Assembly: GCA_027021335.1 (NCBI GenBank)
Contig: JALUUO010000018.1
Location: 1,571 to 65,570, forward strand
Direction: 5' to 3'
Length of the DNA stretch: 64,000 bases
Source of the DNA: Nitrospirota bacterium
GTDB lineage: Bacteria > Nitrospirota > Thermodesulfovibrionia > SZUA-242
This document shows positions 55,695-64,000 of this stretch, in pieces (the first letter of the stretch is position 1; each line of letters starts with the position of its first letter). The notes under the pieces are model-generated. The model saw only the letters and a list, made by a program, of their open reading frames with translations, ran no database searches and was not told the DNA's origin. A program made the position numbers and the translations under genes.

Positions 55695-58600
55695 GCAGCG
55701 TCTAGCTCTTTTTGCAGTTTTTTACCTTTTGGTCATTTGCCTTATAGGCTGGGTTGCTTCGGACGCTGTTTATAACATAAGGCGTGATCTTAACCGGTTG
55801 AACTATGCCCATGTAGCAAGAAACAAGTTCAACGACCTAAGGGTTGAAGTAACAGAGTTCATGATAATTCCTCAGCGCTGGGTATACACAACCGATCCGG
55901 TTGCCAGGGCCGAGCTTGAGGCGGTTTATCCACGGCTTAAGACAGCGCTTGCAAAGGCCAGGGCAGCAGCTGACAGTGTTGAGGAAAATGCGTTGATTCT
56001 TAAAATAAACGGCACGTTGAACTCTATGCAGGAATTAAGTGACGAGCTATTGACACTGGATCCTTACCTGTCTTCCGGGCGGATAAGGGATCTTCTGAAG
56101 TTTTTCAAAGTTTTTGAGAAAGAGCTTTCCGGTTTATGTAAAAGCTTGGATCAACTTGCTGAATCCAGAGCTAAACTTGCTCTTGCCGAAAGTGATGTTC
56201 TTCAGATCAAACTTTACCGATTTCTGGTTCTTACGTTTTTCCTGGTTTTGGCCCTGACCTCGTACTTTGTTGTCAGGGTGGCGCACTGGATAACCGAGCC
56301 GATTACAGCCTTGGTGGAAGGTACAAAAAAAATAAGTGAGGGTAATTTTAACCATAGGATAGAGATGCACAGAAAGGACGAGTTCGGCACACTCTCTTCT
56401 ACGTTCAACGAGATGGCCAGGGTGCTGGGCAGATCGCATACGAGGCTGAGTGCCAAGCTTCTTGAAAGCGAGACGCTGATGGAAGTTTCCAGAGTGGCCA
56501 ACTCTACACTGGAAATACAGTCCATTCTTCAGATGATCACCGAGATTGTAGCCGAGCAGCTTGATAGGGATGTCTGTTCCATCTACCTGGTTTCTGATGA
56601 CCGAAAGTCGGTTGTTCTTCGGGCGACAAATGGGCTAAAGGCGGAATCGATCGGCAAGGTGCGTTTGAGCCTGAACGAAGGTATTGTGGGGCGGGCGGCA
56701 AAGGAACTTAGGCCGATACCTGTGCCTGATGTAAAACGGGATCCGCGTTTTAAAAATGTCCCGATAACGGGCGAGGCCGAGTTTTCCTCTATGCTGGCGG
56801 TACCGATTGTGCGTGAAGGGACCGCACTTGGCGTTATTACTCTACAAACACGGGCAGTATATAACTATTCCCGTGATGAAACAGACCTGCTGACACTCAT
56901 TTCCCACAACGTGGCCGGTGCCATTCGCAATGCTGAGCTTTACGAGAATATGCGGCGGCAGTTGCAGCGTCTAAACGTTATTCATGATTTGGGCATGGCG
57001 ATCAACTCAATTTTGGATCTGGACCGGTTATTGCCCGATATATGCTGTAGAACTGCTGAGCTGCTTCGTGCCGAAGGTGCTATTGTGTGGCTGTTGGAGG
57101 GGGAGAATTCCCTTATAATTAAGGCTTCTTACGGATTGCCTGAAGATCTTGATGTAACAAAGCCTCTTCCCCTTGGCGAGGGAATCGCAGGCAAGGTTGC
57201 ACAGGAGGGTAAACCGATGCTTGTGGAAGATACAAGGGAGATGCCTTTGGATACCCGTATTTCTGGTGTGGAAGCAAGGTCTGTTATGGCGGTGCCGCTT
57301 AAGGTGGGCACGCATGTCATCGGTACTATAGGCCACTACAACAAACGCATAAACGGCAGGGTGACGACTTTCACCAACGATGACTTAGAGACACTTTCAG
57401 CCGTAGCTTCGATGTCCGCTATCGCTATCGAAAACGCCAGGCTCTACCATGAAGAAAAGCTTAGGGAAAAAGAGGTTCGTATGGCTGGACAGCGCCTCGA
57501 GACGCTTTTCGAGAGTGTGCAGGGCGGTATAGTTACCGTGGATAGAAACATGGTTATTCTGTCGGCCAATAAGTACGTGGAGCGTTGGATCGAAAGTGAC
57601 GCAGACAGTCTTGTTTCAAGAAGATGCGGTGAAGTTTTTGGCGAAGGTTTTGAGGTCTGCCTTCAGAGCCCGGTAAAAGCCGCTTTCGAAACAGGAAGGT
57701 CCACTAAGGTTCCCCACAAAGGCAGCGCCGGAGGAATTCAGTTTTACGCGGAAATAACCACGTATCCTATGAGGGATGAAAAAGGTGATGTACAGGAAGT
57801 TATAGTTTTTATTCAGGACATAACCGAACGTATGAACGCTCAGAAAAAGATTCTATCGCTTTACAGTGAGGTGAATCAGACGAAAAAGTACCTGGAGTCA
57901 CTGATTGCCAACTCGGCTGATGCTATTATTACCACAGATATGAACGGGCTTGTAACGTCCTGGAACAAGGGGGCCGAAAAGGTTTATGGATATACTGCCA
58001 AGGAAGTTTTGAATAAGCCGATACCAGTGTTGCCCGATTTTCTTCTGCCCACCGAGGCGGAAAACGCTGAACGGATAAAGCGCAAGGAAACACTTCGCGA
58101 TATTGAGACGCTGAGGCGCCATAAGGACGGTTCACTGATAGAGGTCAGCCTTACCCTGTCGCCAATTCTTGATGAAGGTGGTGAGGTTATAGGGGTAAGC
58201 GGCATATCGAGAGATATTTCTGACAAACGCCGGGTGGAGCAGGAGTTGACGCGCCGAAACCAGGAACTCTCACGTCTTCTTTTTATAAGTAACGCAATGC
58301 GCTCTACTTTGGATATAAACAGGCTGCTCCGTATGATGCTTACGGCTGTTACCATGTCTGACGGCCTGGGCTTTAATCGTGCTCTTTTGTTTGAGGTGGA
58401 TGAAGAAGCCCACCTTATCAAAGGTGTAATGGGTGTGGGGCCAGGCAGCCTGGAGGAGGCCTGGAGGGTCTGGGGCGAGTTGGCCATGGAGCGTAAGACA
58501 CTGGAAGACATAATGAAGGATATAGTCTCTTCGCCGGTTCAGAAAGAATCCTTTCTTGACGATCTAGCAAAAAATTTACAGATCCCGATGAACAGCGATT

Positions 58601-59913
58601 CCGAAAGTATCCTAACAACAGTTGTGCGGGAGAAAAGAGCTATAAACGTTCTGGATGTCAGATCTGATGCCCGGGTGGACCCGGTATTGGTTCAACTGCT
58701 GGGTACCGAAGCCTTTGCACTTATTCCTTTGATTTCCCAGAACAGGGTTGTTGGTGTGCTATGGGTGGACAACCTCTTTAACCTGCGACCTATAACCGAA
58801 GACGATATACGTTTTCTATCGGGCTTTGCCAATCACGTGGCTTCCGCCATAGAAAACGCCCGTCTTTTCGAAAAGGTCTCGATGGCCGAGGCCGAACTCG
58901 AGAATATTTTTGAATCAATCTCTGATATGGTTTATTTTAATGATAAGGATTTTACCATCAAAAAGGTCAACAGGGCTGTGGAACAAATAGTGGGCTTGAC
59001 TGAAAAACAGATGGTTGGAAAGAAATGTTACGAGGTTTTTCACCATACAGATGAGCCCTGTCCCAAGTGTCCGCATGCAAAGACTATTAAGACCGGTAAG
59101 TCATACGTGGAGGAACTGGAAGATCTTTTTCCGGGAGGAACCTATCTTATTTCCTCCTCACCTATTTTCGATCTTTATGGCGGTATGATAGGTACGGTGC
59201 ATGTTGCGAGGAATATTTCGGAATCTAAACGGCTGAGGGAAAAATTGCTCAAGGCTGAAAAATTAGCGGCGCTTGGAGAGATGGCTGCAAAGATAGCTCA
59301 TGAAATCCGCAATCCTCTTATATCCGTTGGCGGCTTTGCCAGAAGGCTCGAGAAGAAACTGGAAGGACCGCTTAAAGATTATGCTACTATTATGGTTGAC
59401 TCGGTGAATCACCTTGAGGTTATTCTGAAGGACATGCTCGGATTTGTGCGCGAGACTCCGATTATTTTAGTAAAAGGAGATCTTGTCGAGATTATGGATC
59501 AGCTCATTTCGCTTTTTTCGCCATCGCTTAAGGAGCGGGGGATTTCGATCGAAAAGGACTACAGAGAAGTTTCACTTGAAGTTCCTGTTGATTCTAATAA
59601 AATAAGAGAAGCGCTTACTAATCTTATAGCCAATGCAGAGCAGGCAATGCAGAACGGTGGAGTAATGCGCATAAGCCTGTATTCTACTGAAGAAGAGGCT
59701 GTTATCGAAGTTCAGGATACCGGGACTGGTATGACGGAGTACGAGCAGAGGCATATCTTTGATCCGTTTTTTACCACCAAGATTTCCGGTACCGGTCTGG
59801 GTATGGCGATAACCCAGAGAATTATAGATCTGCATCGTGGCAGAATTGAACTGAAATCAGAGGTGGACGTCGGAACGACCTTCAAAATATATTTGCCCCT
59901 GGAGGAGGAATAA
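55684..59913 (+). CDS. large multi-sensor hybrid-type histidine kinase (TM sensor-HAMP-GAF-GAF-PAS-PAS-GAF-PAS-HisKA-HATPase)
   Basis: HAMP (ITALVEGTKKISEGNFNHRIE...DEFGTLSSTFNEMA). Several GAF-like blocks. PAS blocks, one with C..EPCPKCPH. H-box AAKIAHEIRNPL. ATP-lid DTGTGM...GTGLGMAI. ATG at 55684 overlaps glgA by 11 nt. The track ORF begins earlier, inside glgA. Confidence 0.75.
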   Translation: MTLKQRLALFAVFYLLVICLIGWVASDAVYNIRRDLNRLNYAHVARNKFNDLRVEVTEFMIIPQRWVYTTDPVARAELEAVYPRLKTALAKARAAADSVEENALILKINGTLNSMQELSDELLTLDPYLSSGRIRDLLKFFKVFEKELSGLCKSLDQLAESRAKLALAESDVLQIKLYRFLVLTFFLVLALTSYFVVRVAHWITEPITALVEGTKKISEGNFNHRIEMHRKDEFGTLSSTFNEMARVLGRSHTRLSAKLLESETLMEVSRVANSTLEIQSILQMITEIVAEQLDRDVCSIYLVSDDRKSVVLRATNGLKAESIGKVRLSLNEGIVGRAAKELRPIPVPDVKRDPRFKNVPITGEAEFSSMLAVPIVREGTALGVITLQTRAVYNYSRDETDLLTLISHNVAGAIRNAELYENMRRQLQRLNVIHDLGMAINSILDLDRLLPDICCRTAELLRAEGAIVWLLEGENSLIIKASYGLPEDLDVTKPLPLGEGIAGKVAQEGKPMLVEDTREMPLDTRISGVEARSVMAVPLKVGTHVIGTIGHYNKRINGRVTTFTNDDLETLSAVASMSAIAIENARLYHEEKLREKEVRMAGQRLETLFESVQGGIVTVDRNMVILSANKYVERWIESDADSLVSRRCGEVFGEGFEVCLQSPVKAAFETGRSTKVPHKGSAGGIQFYAEITTYPMRDEKGDVQEVIVFIQDITERMNAQKKILSLYSEVNQTKKYLESLIANSADAIITTDMNGLVTSWNKGAEKVYGYTAKEVLNKPIPVLPDFLLPTEAENAERIKRKETLRDIETLRRHKDGSLIEVSLTLSPILDEGGEVIGVSGISRDISDKRRVEQELTRRNQELSRLLFISNAMRSTLDINRLLRMMLTAVTMSDGLGFNRALLFEVDEEAHLIKGVMGVGPGSLEEAWRVWGELAMERKTLEDIMKDIVSSPVQKESFLDDLAKNLQIPMNSDSESILTTVVREKRAINVLDVRSDARVDPVLVQLLGTEAFALIPLISQNRVVGVLWVDNLFNLRPITEDDIRFLSGFANHVASAIENARLFEKVSMAEAELENIFESISDMVYFNDKDFTIKKVNRAVEQIVGLTEKQMVGKKCYEVFHHTDEPCPKCPHAKTIKTGKSYVEELEDLFPGGTYLISSSPIFDLYGGMIGTVHVARNISESKRLREKLLKAEKLAALGEMAAKIAHEIRNPLISVGGFARRLEKKLEGPLKDYATIMVDSVNHLEVILKDMLGFVRETPIILVKGDLVEIMDQLISLFSPSLKERGISIEKDYREVSLEVPVDSNKIREALTNLIANAEQAMQNGGVMRISLYSTEEEAVIEVQDTGTGMTEYEQRHIFDPFFTTKISGTGLGMAITQRIIDLHRGRIELKSEVDVGTTFKIYLPLEEE

Positions 59914-59914
59914 A

Positions 59915-60265
59915 ATGAAGATTCTGGTAGTGGACGATGATAAGCGGATTCAACTCCTGTATCAGGCCGAACTGGAGGAGGCGGGTTACGATGTACATAT
60001 AGCAGGTTCCGGTACCGAAGCGCTGGAGAAATTTGAAACGGTCAAGCCGGACCTGGTGACCCTTGATATTCTCATGCCGGACATAGACGGCATTCAGGTC
60101 CTTCGGAAAATGAAGGAAAAGAATCCGCAACTTCCTGTTATCATGTCCACGGCTTATGATTACCGTGACGATTTTGCTGTCTGGGCATCAGAGGCCTACC
60201 TGGTAAAATCATCCGACCTGGCTGAGTTGAAAGAGATGATCCGCAAACTAATTGGAAGCCCGTAA
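59915..60265 (+). CDS. single-domain response regulator (CheY-like receiver)
   Basis: MKILVVDDD...LVTLDILMPDIDG...KSS receiver signature. Starts 2 nt after the kinase stop. Confidence 0.8.
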   Translation: MKILVVDDDKRIQLLYQAELEEAGYDVHIAGSGTEALEKFETVKPDLVTLDILMPDIDGIQVLRKMKEKNPQLPVIMSTAYDYRDDFAVWASEAYLVKSSDLAELKEMIRKLIGSP

Positions 60266-60324
60266 GCCTGTTTTGTCGTATTGTTTTATGCGCTATAAGC
60301 GCTTAAATAAGCGGAGCAAACTGC

Positions 60325-61011
60325 ATGAAAGATCTAATTACGGAAACGCTCAAGGCTAACAAGCTTTTCTGCCGGTTGTCCGGTGATGAGCTGTCCGAAG
60401 CTTCTGCTCTTTTTAAAATGCAGAAGGTTGCAGAGGACGAGTATGTTTTTATGGAAGGTGAAGATTCCGACCGGTTTTACCTGGCCGGTAAAGGCCGGGT
60501 AAAGATAGTAAAGCATACACCAGAAGGCAAAGACGTAATTTTGGAGATAATTCTGCCGCCTGAGATTTTTGGCGGTATAGCGGTTCTGGATGGCCGTCCC
60601 TATCCGGCATCGGCCCAGGCGATGGAAGATGTTACGGTTTTATGGACAGAAAAAACTACTTTTTTTGAGCTTATAGACAGGTTTCATGTTTTGGCGTTGG
60701 AGGCGAATATCTATTTTGGCGAACGCCTAAGAAATGCCTATGACATGTTAAGAAGTGTTTCCGTAGAGAGGGTCGAGCGGAGAGTAGCCTCTCTGCTTAT
60801 CCGTTTCGGTGATAGAGTAGGCAGTAAAAGCAGCGGAGATACGATCGTAATGGAGATGGGCCTTACAATGCAGGAGATTGCCGAGATGGTTGGAACCACG
60901 GTGGAGACCGCTATTCGAATTATGAACAAACTAAAAAAAGAAGGGCTGATAAGTTACGGCAAGGGCAAAACCACACTCTATGCCGGCCTTTACGAAAAGT
61001 TCTATAAGTAG
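60325..61011 (+). CDS. Crp/Fnr-family transcriptional regulator (cNMP-binding domain + C-terminal HTH)
   Basis: cNMP-binding beta-roll (FMEGEDSDRFYLAGKGRVKI...) and HTH_Crp (MTMQEIAEMVGTTVETAIRIMNKLKKEGLI). No N-terminal FNR-type Cys cluster. Confidence 0.75.
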   Translation: MKDLITETLKANKLFCRLSGDELSEASALFKMQKVAEDEYVFMEGEDSDRFYLAGKGRVKIVKHTPEGKDVILEIILPPEIFGGIAVLDGRPYPASAQAMEDVTVLWTEKTTFFELIDRFHVLALEANIYFGERLRNAYDMLRSVSVERVERRVASLLIRFGDRVGSKSSGDTIVMEMGLTMQEIAEMVGTTVETAIRIMNKLKKEGLISYGKGKTTLYAGLYEKFYK

Positions 61012-61050
61012 AGTTTATTTCCCTGCAGAGGATTTCCTGTCGGCTTTCTT

Positions 61051-61075
61051 CGTGATAAATATTCGACTTATCACG
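61051..61075. terminator. perfect 8-bp inverted repeat hairpin (CGTGATAA-N9-TTATCACG) between convergent genes; possible bidirectional terminator
   Basis: cgtgataaatattcgacttatcacg followed by a T-rich run, located between the crp-family gene (+) and the ubiA-like gene (-). Confidence 0.3.
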
Positions 61076-61134
61076 GGTCTTTCAATTCTTTCAATTTATC
61101 GTGTCTGAGGTTCCCGCCGTTATTAAGATTCAGT

Positions 61135-61977
61135 CTAGATGTATCCAAGTAGAGTAAATACAAAAACCGTCATACTGATATATCCGTTCATGTTGAAAAA
61201 AGCCATGTCGAGCTTTGACAGGTCGTCTTTTTTTACAAGTGAATGCTCGTAGAAAAAAAGACAGGCTACGAATAACAGGCCGATCCAGTAAAAAGGGCTG
61301 AGGTTGAAAAGCAGGCCGGTAAATGCGAGCAGAAACCAGGTTATAACATGTGCGATTCGAGCAAATTGGATTGAAGCTCCGACACCAAAGCGCTGTGGTA
61401 TGGAGTGAAGCCCGAATGACCGGTCGAACTCCATGTCCTGCAGGGCGTAAAGGGTATCAAAACCGGCAAGCCAGAAAATCACGGCAAATCCCAGCGCGAG
61501 TATTCGCGGGTCGAACGATCCGGTCACGGCTATCCAGGCGCCGAGCGGTGCGCCGGCAATTGCCAGGCCAAGCACGAAATGCGAGCCCCAGGTGAAGCGC
61601 TTTGTATAGGAGTAAACAACCAAGACAGCTATAGCAACCGGAGAAAGCCAAAGACAAAGAGGATTCAGACTATATGCGGAGTAGATAAAAACAGCCAGGG
61701 ATACCGCGATAAACATGACAGTTTCGCCCACACGTATTACGCCTGAAGGGATTTCGCGGTTTTTTGTACGTGGGTTTGCGGCATCTATCTGCCGGTCTAT
61801 AACCCGGTTCAGCCCCATGGCCGCTGACCTGGCCGATACCATGGCAAGAGTGATCCAGCCGACCTTGCTCCACTGCGGGACTCCACGCGCAGCTATCAGC
61901 GCGCCCACAAATGCAAACGGCAGAGCAAAAACCGAGTGCTCGATCTTAATCATCCGGAGATAACGAGTTAGTTTCAT
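61135..61977 (-). CDS. UbiA-family aromatic prenyltransferase (4-hydroxybenzoate polyprenyltransferase-like, or MqnP-like)
   Basis: Polytopic membrane protein with GLNRVIDRQIDAANPRTKNREIPSG (NxxxDxxxD-type Asp-rich motif); 280 aa. Confidence 0.65.
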   Translation of the reverse strand: MKLTRYLRMIKIEHSVFALPFAFVGALIAARGVPQWSKVGWITLAMVSARSAAMGLNRVIDRQIDAANPRTKNREIPSGVIRVGETVMFIAVSLAVFIYSAYSLNPLCLWLSPVAIAVLVVYSYTKRFTWGSHFVLGLAIAGAPLGAWIAVTGSFDPRILALGFAVIFWLAGFDTLYALQDMEFDRSFGLHSIPQRFGVGASIQFARIAHVITWFLLAFTGLLFNLSPFYWIGLLFVACLFFYEHSLVKKDDLSKLDMAFFNMNGYISMTVFVFTLLGYI

Positions 61978-62010
61978 TGGTTTTATTTCGTCTAATGGGT
62001 TATGTTGGCT

Positions 62011-63474
62011 TTAAAAACCGTACTCCTTCCAGCGGGAATCTACCAGTCTGTTTATAGCCTCGCTCATAAAAATCTCGTCCGGCCACTCCCGCATCATGCC
62101 CTCTTCCCGGCTCTTCCGTGTGGCGTCTATGCCCATCTTCGAGCCGTAACGCGGCCAGTTGGCTGCATGATCAAGATCGTCAAGCGGCCCGTCTGCTATA
62201 ACCGTATCCCGCTTCCAATCGACATTATTCAGCACGCGCCAAGCGGTATAGGAGAGATCCTGGACATCCACATCATCGTCCACCACGATCAGCAGCTTGG
62301 CAAACATCATCTGTCCCTTGCCCCATAACCCGTGTATAATCTTCTTCGCCTGGCCGGGATAGCTCTTTTTTATCGAGATTATAGCGCAGTTGTGAAACAC
62401 CCCTACCATTGGCAGATGCATATCCTTGATCTCCGGAAAATCAAGTTTTATAAGCGGAAGAAATATACGCTCGGTAGCTTTGCCCATGTAGCAGTCCTCC
62501 ATTGGAGGCTTGCCCACGATAGTGGCCGGATAGATCATATCCTTCCTGTGTGTGATGCAGGTTACGTGAAAGACAGGGTAGAGGTCGGCGGCCGAATAAA
62601 AGCCGGTGTGATCGCCGAAGGGACCCTCGATTTTAGACTCGCCAGGTTCAAGGTAGCCTTCTATTACAAGCTCGGCATGGGCCGGAACCTCCAGGTCGCA
62701 GGTGATGCATTTAACCATCTCGACAGGTTTTTTTCTGAGAAAACCGGCAAACAGCATTTCGTCCAGGTTTTCGGGCAGCGGAGCGCTTGATGAATAAATC
62801 ACGGCCGGGTCGCCACCCACCGCTATGGCGGCAGGCATGCGGGTTCCTGCGGCCACGTGCTTGTCGTAGTGGCGCGCGCCTCCTTTGTGAATATGCCAGT
62901 GCATGCCGGTGGTTTTCTTATCGTATATATGAATTCTGTACATCCCGCAGTTGGGTATGCCTGTTTCCGGATCCTTTGTAAAAACCATTGGCAGCGTGAT
63001 AAAACGGCCCTCGTCACCGGATTGGCCATCGCCGGGCCAGCACTTAAGAATAGGAAATTTTGAAAGATCTGGGCTGTCCTGCTCGATCACCTCCTGGCAT
63101 GGAGCCTTTTTGACTCTTTTTGGAAGGCAGCGGGACATCTCCAGAAGTTTGGGAAGCATGGCAAGCTTTTCACTCAGGCTCTTAGGCGGTGCCTGGGTGA
63201 GGAGTTCTTCTATACGCTCGGCCACTCCGTCCATATGATCTATTTCAAAGGCGAGACACATTCTCTCAAAAGAGCCAAAAAGGTTGGTGACAACCGGAAA
63301 CGCCGAGCCTTTTACACGCTCGAAGAAAAGGGCTTTGCCGCCGCCGGGGGTTTTGCACATCCGGTCGGTGATGGCCGAGATCTCGAGTATCGGATCAACC
63401 TCTACCTTAATATGATGAATAAGATTTTTCTCTTCAAGAATATCTATAAATTCACGTAAGTCTTTGTATGCCAT
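62011..63474 (-). CDS. UbiD-family (prFMN-dependent) decarboxylase
   Basis: MAYKDLREFIDILEEKNLIHHIKVEVDPILEISAITDRMCK is the UbiD N-terminal signature; 487 aa. Lies 33 bp upstream of the UbiA-like gene on the same strand. Confidence 0.75.
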   Translation of the reverse strand: MAYKDLREFIDILEEKNLIHHIKVEVDPILEISAITDRMCKTPGGGKALFFERVKGSAFPVVTNLFGSFERMCLAFEIDHMDGVAERIEELLTQAPPKSLSEKLAMLPKLLEMSRCLPKRVKKAPCQEVIEQDSPDLSKFPILKCWPGDGQSGDEGRFITLPMVFTKDPETGIPNCGMYRIHIYDKKTTGMHWHIHKGGARHYDKHVAAGTRMPAAIAVGGDPAVIYSSSAPLPENLDEMLFAGFLRKKPVEMVKCITCDLEVPAHAELVIEGYLEPGESKIEGPFGDHTGFYSAADLYPVFHVTCITHRKDMIYPATIVGKPPMEDCYMGKATERIFLPLIKLDFPEIKDMHLPMVGVFHNCAIISIKKSYPGQAKKIIHGLWGKGQMMFAKLLIVVDDDVDVQDLSYTAWRVLNNVDWKRDTVIADGPLDDLDHAANWPRYGSKMGIDATRKSREEGMMREWPDEIFMSEAINRLVDSRWKEYGF

Positions 63475-63514
63475 GTGGCTCCTTTCCTTGTAAAAAATTT
63501 GTAAAAAATTGCAA

Positions 63515-64000
63515 CTAAGTTGAAGACTTAAGATTATACCAGTTCATGAAGATCGATATTACCAGGCTTATGCTAAGGTACACCGCCATGGTTATTGCGA
63601 TCACCTCAACGGCCTGGCCTGTTTGGTTCAGGGTGGTGCCGGCAAAGACCGACACCAAATCAGGATAGCCGATTGCCGTGGCCAGGGATGAGTTTTTTGT
63701 CAGGTTCAGGTATTGACTGGTCAGTGGTGGAATAATCACTCGCATGGCCTGTGGAATCACAACAAGACGTAATGTAATACCGGGCCGCAAACCCAGGGCA
63801 TAGGCTGCCTCGGTCTGCCCCGGACCGACCGCTTCAATGCCGGCGCGCACTATTTCTGCGATAAACGCTGCGGTATAGATGGTAAGAGCGATCAACAGGG
63901 CGGCCAGCTCGGGGATAACCGCGATACCTCCAACGAAATTAAACCCCTTCAGGCGTGGTATTTCCAGGGAGACGGGAAAGCCCAGTGCAATAAAGATAAG
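63515..64000 (-). CDS. polar amino-acid ABC transporter permease (HisM/GlnP-like); N-terminus lies beyond the window end
   Basis: EAA-loop region EAAYALGLRPGITLRLVVIPQAMRVIIPPL and a C-terminal TM helix. The ORF is open to the window edge. Confidence 0.6.
   Translation of the reverse strand, partial: LIFIALGFPVSLEIPRLKGFNFVGGIAVIPELAALLIALTIYTAAFIAEIVRAGIEAVGPGQTEAAYALGLRPGITLRLVVIPQAMRVIIPPLTSQYLNLTKNSSLATAIGYPDLVSVFAGTTLNQTGQAVEVIAITMAVYLSISLVISIFMNWYNLKSST

Noticed and set aside
57984-58511. 175-aa minus-strand ORF inside the histidine kinase gene
   Set aside because: Antisense shadow ORF; Ser/Arg-rich translation typical of a GC-rich antisense frame.

Overview
The window is 64 kb of densely packed, mostly co-directional chromosomal DNA. 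It looks like it comes from a diderm anaerobic bacterium, judging from the TamB/BamA/SurA and lipoprotein genes, a cobA-hemD fusion typical of siroheme-route heme synthesis in sulfate-reducer-like lineages, a UbiA/UbiD pair, NadB, and about 50% GC by eye. The lineage call is an inference.

Core content (product assignments are motif- and architecture-based, not search-verified):
- Start of window: the 3' end of a PIN-domain gene, then an AT-rich stretch.
- An LPP20-like lipoprotein and a trypsin-like protease whose tail is encoded by 15-bp tandem repeats.
- A FabF-like ketoacyl-ACP synthase translationally coupled to a UvrA that lacks the insertion domain; ApbE.
- A YvcK/CofD-family protein with a ~300-aa C-terminal extension, followed by a PilT-type ATPase with an MshEN-like c-di-GMP-binding N-domain.
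- Citrate synthase.
- An AT-rich 501-aa unknown membrane protein.
- A likely operon: PilZ, a CcsA-family (HemX-like) membrane protein, hemA, hemC, cobA/hemD, RNase E/G.
- A three-gene small-protein module: GQGGGIG-motif protein, CooT-like Cys2 protein, Cys-tailed protein.
- tamB-bamA-surA_N, tRNA-Gly(CCC), rplU, and a TPR protein.
- SPFH protein, a YcgR-like PilZ protein, a rhomboid protease, nadB, pyrE.
- An AhpD-like CxxC protein plus a radical-SAM/Cys-rich protein (an ArsS-like signature pair), then hemB, scpA, and an NMO/FabK-like protein.
- A six-gene operon: SAM methyltransferase, HDIG, TrmH, acidic protein, HD-RibF fusion, MORN-like protein.
- An orphan peptide/nickel-type substrate-binding protein, htpG, then galT-like and glgA coupled to a 1456-aa GAF/PAS histidine kinase, a CheY-like regulator and a Crp-family regulator.
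- A UbiA-like prenyltransferase and a UbiD-like decarboxylase, then a partial polar amino-acid ABC permease.

No CRISPR arrays, IS elements, integrases or rRNA genes were seen.
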